A DNA stretch of 64,000 bases from an uncultured Actinomycetota bacterium (GTDB lineage Bacteria; Actinomycetota; Actinomycetes; CAVWCF01), in the NCBI GenBank assembly GCA_963753435.1, contig CAVWCF010000002.1, positions 118,410-182,409 of the forward strand, written 5' to 3'. Both the position numbers and the translations under genes were made by a program. Position 1 is the stretch's first letter. The number at the start of each line of letters is the position of its first letter. The notes beneath the pieces are model-generated. The model worked only from the letters and a program-made list of their open reading frames with translations, ran no database searches and was not told the DNA's origin. Shown piece after piece: positions 58,817 to 64,000 of this stretch.

Positions 58817-60076
58817 CGGTCCACGCCACGCCCGCGCTCCCGCCCATGCCGTTAGCCCCACTCCGACGACCAGACTCGGCACGACCACCCAGGTGTTGGC
58901 CTCGGCGATGAGTTCGCCCTGAAGCCAGGTCCGCCACGGGTCGCGCGCGTCCAGCGGGATGTAGTTGCTGACCGCTGCCAGCGCGTGGAAGGTGATCGAG
59001 TAGCCGGCCAGCACAGCGAAGAGCAGGCGTCGCGGCGCAGTGCGCGAAGCCCACGCGTAGTACGCCAGGAGGCCGAGGGGGGCGGCCAACACCAACGGTT
59101 CGATCATGAGCCGGTTGCCGAAGAAGCCGTCCCCGCCGCTGAATCGGTTGAGGGCCAACTGGGTGAGCGCATAGGCCAGGCCGCTGGCTGCGGCGGCCCG
59201 CGCCCAGGCCGGCGCCGCACGCCACCCGCCGCGCAGCCCTGGAAGCAGGAGCAGGAGCCAGGGGCTGAGAAGGAGGACGCCCCGTTCCGGCGACACCAAG
59301 GTGCCGGCGACATTGCCCAGTACATCGCCGATCGAATCCGGTCGCACGAGGTTGTCCGGGTCCGCGTAGCCACCGAGCAGTGACCAACCGCCGAAGGCGA
59401 TCCTGTTGTAGACAAGCAGACCCACCACCCCGGCTGCTGAGCCGAGCCCGACGAGTAGCGCTGGGCGCCACTTCCGGAGCGCGACCGAAGCCCAAAGCCC
59501 CTGAACCAGCGCCACGACGGCCAGGTGGGGGCGCGTCATGATGGCCGCAGCGAAGGCGATCCCACCCCCGAACCACCAACCCGTAGCGACCGCGAGAGTG
59601 CCCAGGAGCAAGAACAAGGAGGCGGGGCCATGCGTCCAAAGGCCGTCGGCTGCCACCGGCCAGAAGGCGGTTCCGGCCAGGACCAGGCCGGTCGCCATGA
59701 GCGCCGGGCGCGACGAGGCCAGCCGCCGCAGCAGGATCCAGAGCACGATGGCGGCAGCGGTTGCTGCGGCCGCTGCCGCGGCAGCGGCCGGTAGGACGCT
59801 TTGGTTGCCTTCGCCGAAGAGGAAGTAGAAGGGGGCGCCCCAGATCACCGCCCCGGGCAGGCGATTGCTGACTGCTTGGTCACCTACCGCACTGATCCAG
59901 CCGTAGTCCTCAAAGCCGGACAGGTCCAGGTCGCCGAACTGGCCCAGGCGCCAACTTGCCAGCGCAGCAGCCGCCACGTCGTTGACGTGGCGGCTGGTCA
60001 GATTGGCGGTAGCAAGAAACGCGACGAAGAGCAGGACAGCCAGCGAAGTGAATCGCGGCCGGGCGGCGGCGCGCAC
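58673..60076 (-). CDS. polytopic membrane protein, probable GT-C-fold glycosyltransferase
   Basis: About 11-12 TM segments, acidic residue after TM1 (VNDV), SNRLPG..APFY, LWTHG, RPHLA, GGDGFFGNRLM. Start GTG 60076 lies 7 nt after the pilin stop. Confidence 0.55.
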   Translation of the reverse strand: MRAAARPRFTSLAVLLFVAFLATANLTSRHVNDVAAAALASWRLGQFGDLDLSGFEDYGWISAVGDQAVSNRLPGAVIWGAPFYFLFGEGNQSVLPAAAAAAAAATAAAIVLWILLRRLASSRPALMATGLVLAGTAFWPVAADGLWTHGPASLFLLLGTLAVATGWWFGGGIAFAAAIMTRPHLAVVALVQGLWASVALRKWRPALLVGLGSAAGVVGLLVYNRIAFGGWSLLGGYADPDNLVRPDSIGDVLGNVAGTLVSPERGVLLLSPWLLLLLPGLRGGWRAAPAWARAAAASGLAYALTQLALNRFSGGDGFFGNRLMIEPLVLAAPLGLLAYYAWASRTAPRRLLFAVLAGYSITFHALAAVSNYIPLDARDPWRTWLQGELIAEANTWVVVPSLVVGVGLTAWAGARAWRGPSLVEHLPQGGDLPVPAPVGQHPGAASGAQTADDVAVGETGPHPPGDS

Positions 60077-60083
60077 CGTTCGC

Positions 60084-60284
60084 CTACGGGCAGGTGGCGG
60101 AAGCGGCGATCGTGGATTGGGGGGCGTTGGCGAGACCATCGCAGGTGACGTCGTACTCGGCCTGCACGAACTTACCGATCGCGAATACCACCAAGATGAT
60201 GAGCGCGGCGATGCTGGACACGAGGAGCGCGTACTCGACGGCGGAGGCGCCAGCGTCCTTCCGGTGCAGTTCCTGGTTGCTCAT
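60084..60284 (-). CDS. Flp family type IVb pilin (copy 2)
   Basis: G|ASAVEYALL with E+5/Y+6, hydrophobic helix, C-terminal C...CP. Confidence 0.88.
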   Translation of the reverse strand: MSNQELHRKDAGASAVEYALLVSSIAALIILVVFAIGKFVQAEYDVTCDGLANAPQSTIAASATCP

Positions 60285-60316
60285 GTGGACTCCCGATTCG
60301 GCCCGGAATGGTGGGA

Positions 60317-60354
60317 CTGGAGGGGCGGCACGCAGTGGCGTGCCGCCCCTCCAG
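60317..60354. terminator. strong stem-loop between the two pilin genes
   Basis: ctggaggggcggcacgc-agtg-gcgtgccgcccctccag (17-bp stem), no U tract on the minus strand. Confidence 0.7.
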
Positions 60355-60362
60355 CTACGGCA

Positions 60363-60569
60363 TCACGGGCAGGTCGCTGCCGCGGCGATCGTGCTGTTCG
60401 AGGAGCCGGTGAAGCCCTCACAGGTCTCGTCGAACGCGGTCTTGACGAACTGGCCAATCGCGAACACGACCAGGATGATCAGGGCGGCGATGGCGGCGAC
60501 CAGCAGGCCGTACTCCACGGCCGAGGCGCCTTCTTCGCGGTGCTTCAGGTTGCGGATCATGGCGAGCAT
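60363..60569 (-). CDS. Flp family type IVb pilin (copy 1)
   Basis: MLAMIRNLKHREEG|ASAVEYGLLVAAIA, strong SD GGAGGA upstream. Confidence 0.92.
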   Translation of the reverse strand: MLAMIRNLKHREEGASAVEYGLLVAAIAALIILVVFAIGQFVKTAFDETCEGFTGSSNSTIAAAATCP

Positions 60570-60705
60570 GTCTTTCCTCCGGAGTTCCCCCGCACCCCTA
60601 TGGCGCGGCTTATGTGAATAGGGTGCCTGAGGTTCCTGCTGAGGTGAATCCGCAGACCGGGCGGAAGTCATGGACCGAATGGACGAGTCCGAACGGGTGA
60701 GGGCC

Positions 60706-61342
60706 CTAGGGCGAGGCATCCGCCCGCACCAGGCCGGCCCGAATCGCCGCCATGACCGCCGAGGCCCTGTTGTTCACGCCGAGTTTTTCGTAAACGCTGG
60801 ATACGTGCGACTTCGTTGTTGATTCGCTGATGAAGAGCCGCTTTGAGATGGCCGCAACGCTGAGCCCTTCGGCAAGCAGGGTCAGGACCTCGGCCTCGCG
60901 CGGTGACAATCGCGGGCCGGACGGCTCGGTGCGACGTTGCAAGCGCTTCGGCGAGGTCGGCGGCGCTGAACGAGTGCGGGGCGGCGAACGCGTGGCGGGC
61001 CGCGGCAATCACCTCTTCAGTCGGTGCGTCCTTGGAGACGAAAGCGGAGGCGCCGGCCTCCAAGGCCGCGAACAACTGCTCATCCCCGGCGTACATGGTC
61101 AGGACGACGATGCCCATGTCCGGTCTAGCCGCGCGCGCTGCCCGCACCAGGTCTAGGCCGTTTCCGTCGCCGATGCGAAGATCAATGATCGCAACGTTAG
61201 GCGCGTTGCTCAGGAGGGCTTGTGCCTCATCGATCGTGCCTACGTCTGCCACGACTTCGAAGTCCTTCTGGCGCTCAAACGCACGCCGCAGACCCTGGCG
61301 GATGAGTTCGTGGTCATCAACCAGCAGAACGGACGCAGTCAC
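60706..61342 (-). CDS. NarL/LuxR family response regulator, frameshifted near 60942
   Basis: Receiver LLVDDH..IIDL..VLTMY..VSK, then in another frame LSPREAEVL.LLAEG....ISESTTKSHVSSVYEKLG. Confidence 0.85.
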
Positions 61343-61363
61343 AACTCCTCCTCGCCTTTCAGG

Positions 61364-62975
61364 CTAGTCGACTGCGCTGGTAGTTGGTGGGTGCGCCGCG
61401 TCAACTTGCCGCTTGGTTGTGGTACCGAGTGCCACCTCAACGACCGTGCCGCCGCCCTTGCGGGGGCGGAGTGCGAGGGTGGCGTTGATCCTGCTCGCTC
61501 GCTCCCTCATGATCCCGATCCCGAACGAGTCGTTGCGGCCCTTCTGCAATCCGAGTCCGTCGTCAGAGATGCGCAGAATCGCGTCTGGCGGTTCCACCGC
61601 CAGTTCCACCCACAGGGTCGTAGCTTGCGCGTGCCGTCGGGCGTTGGTGATCGCCTCCTGCGCTATTCGAAGCAGTTCCGATTCGGCGGCTACGGGCAGA
61701 CGGCCGTTCTCATCCAGAACCAGTTGCACGCGAAGGTTGGCCGCAGTCCCCACTGAACGGGCGTAATCGGACAGGGCAGAACCCAGGCTTACCCGGCCGG
61801 ACACGTCGCTGCGAAGGTCGAACAGGGACAAGCGCAGTTCTCCGATGAGTCGGCTTGTGTCTTGCCTCAGTCCACGCAACGCCGCGATCGTCTTGGCATC
61901 CCCGGCGTCAGCGAGCACCTCGTCGATCGCGTAGCCCAACGAGGCGAGTTCCTGCGCGATGCCGTCATGGATCTCCCGGGCGATCCGGCGTCGTTCCTCC
62001 GTCGCGGCCACAGTCTGCACGTCGGCGAACAGTGCGGCCGTCTCCAGCGCCGCAGCCAGCGGATCGACCGCAGCCTGCGCCTCCGCAAGCGACTGACGGG
62101 AGAAGGCTGCCTCATCTCGCTCCAGCCCGAGCAGCGCAACCGTGCGGGTATCGCTGTGCACCGGAATGACGGCCCAGTAGCCGAAATCCTCGCCGTGCAG
62201 AGTGCCGGTAGCCGCTGCCCGCCGCGGATCCGGGCTTGGCGAATCCTCGCTGCGACGGGACTGCGCTCGGACTCCAGTGCAGGCGACTGGGTCCGACTTC
62301 GACCAGGGGCGTCTCGATTTCGTCTCGAACCAGAACCAGCGAACCCCGCCGAAATGGCGTGACTACGCGGACGGCATCCAGGATCTGCTCGCCGATCGCC
62401 GGGGCGTCCAGTCCGGCGGACAGCTGCCGGGCTACCGGGCGCAGTTGGGTCAGGAGGCGGTAGGCGGCGGCGTAGGCCTCCGCGTCGGCGGTCTCCCGGG
62501 CGCGCTCCAGTCGGGTCACCCACGCCCCGACGACGCCGGCGCCCAACGCCAGCAGCGGCCAAGGCACTACGGCGCTCACGTAGTCGTCTGAGGCTTCACC
62601 CGGATCGCAGCAACGGGCGAGCCCAGGAGCACCATTGCGGCCAGACCCGAGGCCAGCACGGCGCCGCGCAACCCGACCGTGACTCCGGCGGCGAAACCCG
62701 GGGCGAGCAGGTACGGCAGGAGCGCTTCGTCCAGTGGGTTGGTGGCCGAGATAACGACCGCAGCAGCGACCGACTCGACGATCGGGATCCATCGAGCGAT
62801 GGCGGGCGGATAGGGCACGCTCGCAAGGACCATTATCAGCGCGAGCGCCGCGATTGACGGGTGCGTTCTCCAGGGCGGTGCTCGACAGGGACGCCAGGAC
62901 AATTGTCAGCAGGTACAGGGCAACCCGGATCCCTACGACAGCCGTGCGCGTCGGTGTTGAGCCGGCAATGTCCAC
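61364..62975 (-). pseudogene. membrane sensor histidine kinase (HisKA_3) with at least three frameshifts
   Basis: C-terminal ERRRIAREIHDGIAQ, QEAITNARRHA, DDGLG, GIGIMRERA, GGTVV. N-terminal TM and GAF-like parts are spread over three frames, with shifts near 62860, 62610 and 62200-62270. Confidence 0.75.
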
Positions 62976-63050
62976 GGGGGAACGGTGGCACGAGAGACGC
63001 GTCGGCGCGAGGACCGACGAAACGGCCCGTCGTTCTGGTGCAATGGACTC

Positions 63051-64000
63051 ATGAGCGATCAGGTGATGTCCATACGACAGGTACTCGACGGCGCCGACAC
63101 GGCTCTGCGTCAAGGTCGCAGTGCCGCTGCGCAGGTCACTCCGACTGGCTTCGAGCCGCTCGACACCTATTTGTCCGGGGGCCTGCGAAGCGGGGAGTTG
63201 ACTCTGCTGGGCGGTCCGCAGGGGCTCGGGAAGACCGCGTTGGTCCTGCAGATGCTGCGAAATGTCGTCTCGACCGGAGGTTCGGGCATCTACATCTCCT
63301 ACGAACACGACGCTCCGACGATCTTGGAGCGTTTGATCGCCGCCGAGGCTGGCGAGCACATGGGGGTCGACGCGATACCCCTGCGCCGCGTTCGGGAAGC
63401 GCTGGAGGCGGTTGATGGTCGACTCGGCTCGCTGGCGGAGCGATTGACAGCGGTGCCGGGCGCGGCGGAGGCAGTCCAGGCGGTCGAGTCCTACGGGGAC
63501 CGCCTCTTCATGATGCGCGCTAGTGGCGCTGGCACCTCGGTCAAGGAGATTAGAGACTACGCGTCCACGGTTGCCACCCAGATGGGTGTGCGGCCCGTCC
63601 TGGTTGTCGACTATCTGCAGAAGGTGGCAGTGCCGGATGGGCCGGATCGGGAGGATGAGCGGGTCACCCTTGTCGTTGAGGCCCTCAAAGACCTGGCACT
63701 GGAACTCGACATCCCGGTGTTGGCCGTGGTCGCCGCCGACAAGGAGGGGATCGGCGAGGGCAAGCGCTTGCGGATCAACAACCTGCGTGGCTCGTCCGCA
63801 CTTGCTTACGAGGCTGATGTCGTCCTGATCCTGAACGACAAGTACAACGTGGTGGCTCGCCACCACCTCGTGTATGACGTGACGAATGCCGAGCGCTTCC
63901 GCGACTACGCGGTCCTGACGCTCGCCAAGAACAGGTCGGGGCTAGCGGGTCTCGACCTGGAGTTCCGCAAGCGCTTCGAACACGGGCGCTTTGACCCCGA
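63051..64000 (+). CDS. DnaB-like (SF4) helicase C-terminal ATPase domain protein, runs off window
   Basis: Not in the ORF track. My translation gives PTGFEPLDTYLSGGLRSGELTLLGGPQGLGKT, ISYE, LVVDYLQ, LRGSSALAYEADVVLIL and LAKNRSG in one open frame. No DnaB N-terminal domain. Confidence 0.85.
   Translation, partial: MSDQVMSIRQVLDGADTALRQGRSAAAQVTPTGFEPLDTYLSGGLRSGELTLLGGPQGLGKTALVLQMLRNVVSTGGSGIYISYEHDAPTILERLIAAEAGEHMGVDAIPLRRVREALEAVDGRLGSLAERLTAVPGAAEAVQAVESYGDRLFMMRASGAGTSVKEIRDYASTVATQMGVRPVLVVDYLQKVAVPDGPDREDERVTLVVEALKDLALELDIPVLAVVAADKEGIGEGKRLRINNLRGSSALAYEADVVLILNDKYNVVARHHLVYDVTNAERFRDYAVLTLAKNRSGLAGLDLEFRKRFEHGRFDP

Noticed and set aside
60570-60705. Possible c-di-GMP riboswitch upstream of the pilin
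   Set aside because: I could not find the GNRA/receptor and GCAAA-type conserved elements.
63051-64000. Replicative dnaB or prophage helicase
   Set aside because: No N-terminal domain, no rplI/ssb context, and no integrase or phage genes in the window.

Overview
High-GC Actinomycetota chromosomal segment, mostly the conserved core backbone: nadE(partial)-glnA2-glnE ... glnA-RDD-DUF4191-lipA-lipB ... sucB-lpdA-pepA-gcvT-cobT ... pspA-htpX-nadA-erpA ... ctaC/D/F-Ldt-qcrB/A/C-ctaE-ctaG-trpD-Rv2191-like-NlpC/P60-GT4. Three accessory blocks sit in it. (1) Between glnE and glnA: an MFS with a long acidic tail, an AhpD/CMD + rhodanese pair behind a CsoR-family operator, a SAM methyltransferase and a red-chlorophyll-catabolite-reductase (bilin reductase)-like gene. 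(2) A cobalamin-riboswitch operon: two surface-anchored proteins that together look like a split transcobalamin-type B12 receptor (alpha/alpha barrel plus an apparently circularly permuted DUF4430-like beta domain), an ECF transporter, and a CobT lacking its canonical catalytic Glu. This is my best candidate for an under-described system. (3) At the right end: two tandem Flp pilins with a GT-C-like membrane protein, a frameshifted two-component pair and a DnaB-C-terminal-like ATPase. Readable regulatory sites: GlnR boxes, a SigR/SigH-type promoter, a PafBC (RecA-NDp) promoter, cobalamin and c-di-AMP riboswitches, several terminators and many leaderless -10 boxes. Several frameshifts, including one in qcrC, suggest indel errors in the assembly. 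I saw no tRNA, rRNA, CRISPR array or IS element. All family calls are from motif recognition by eye, not database searches.
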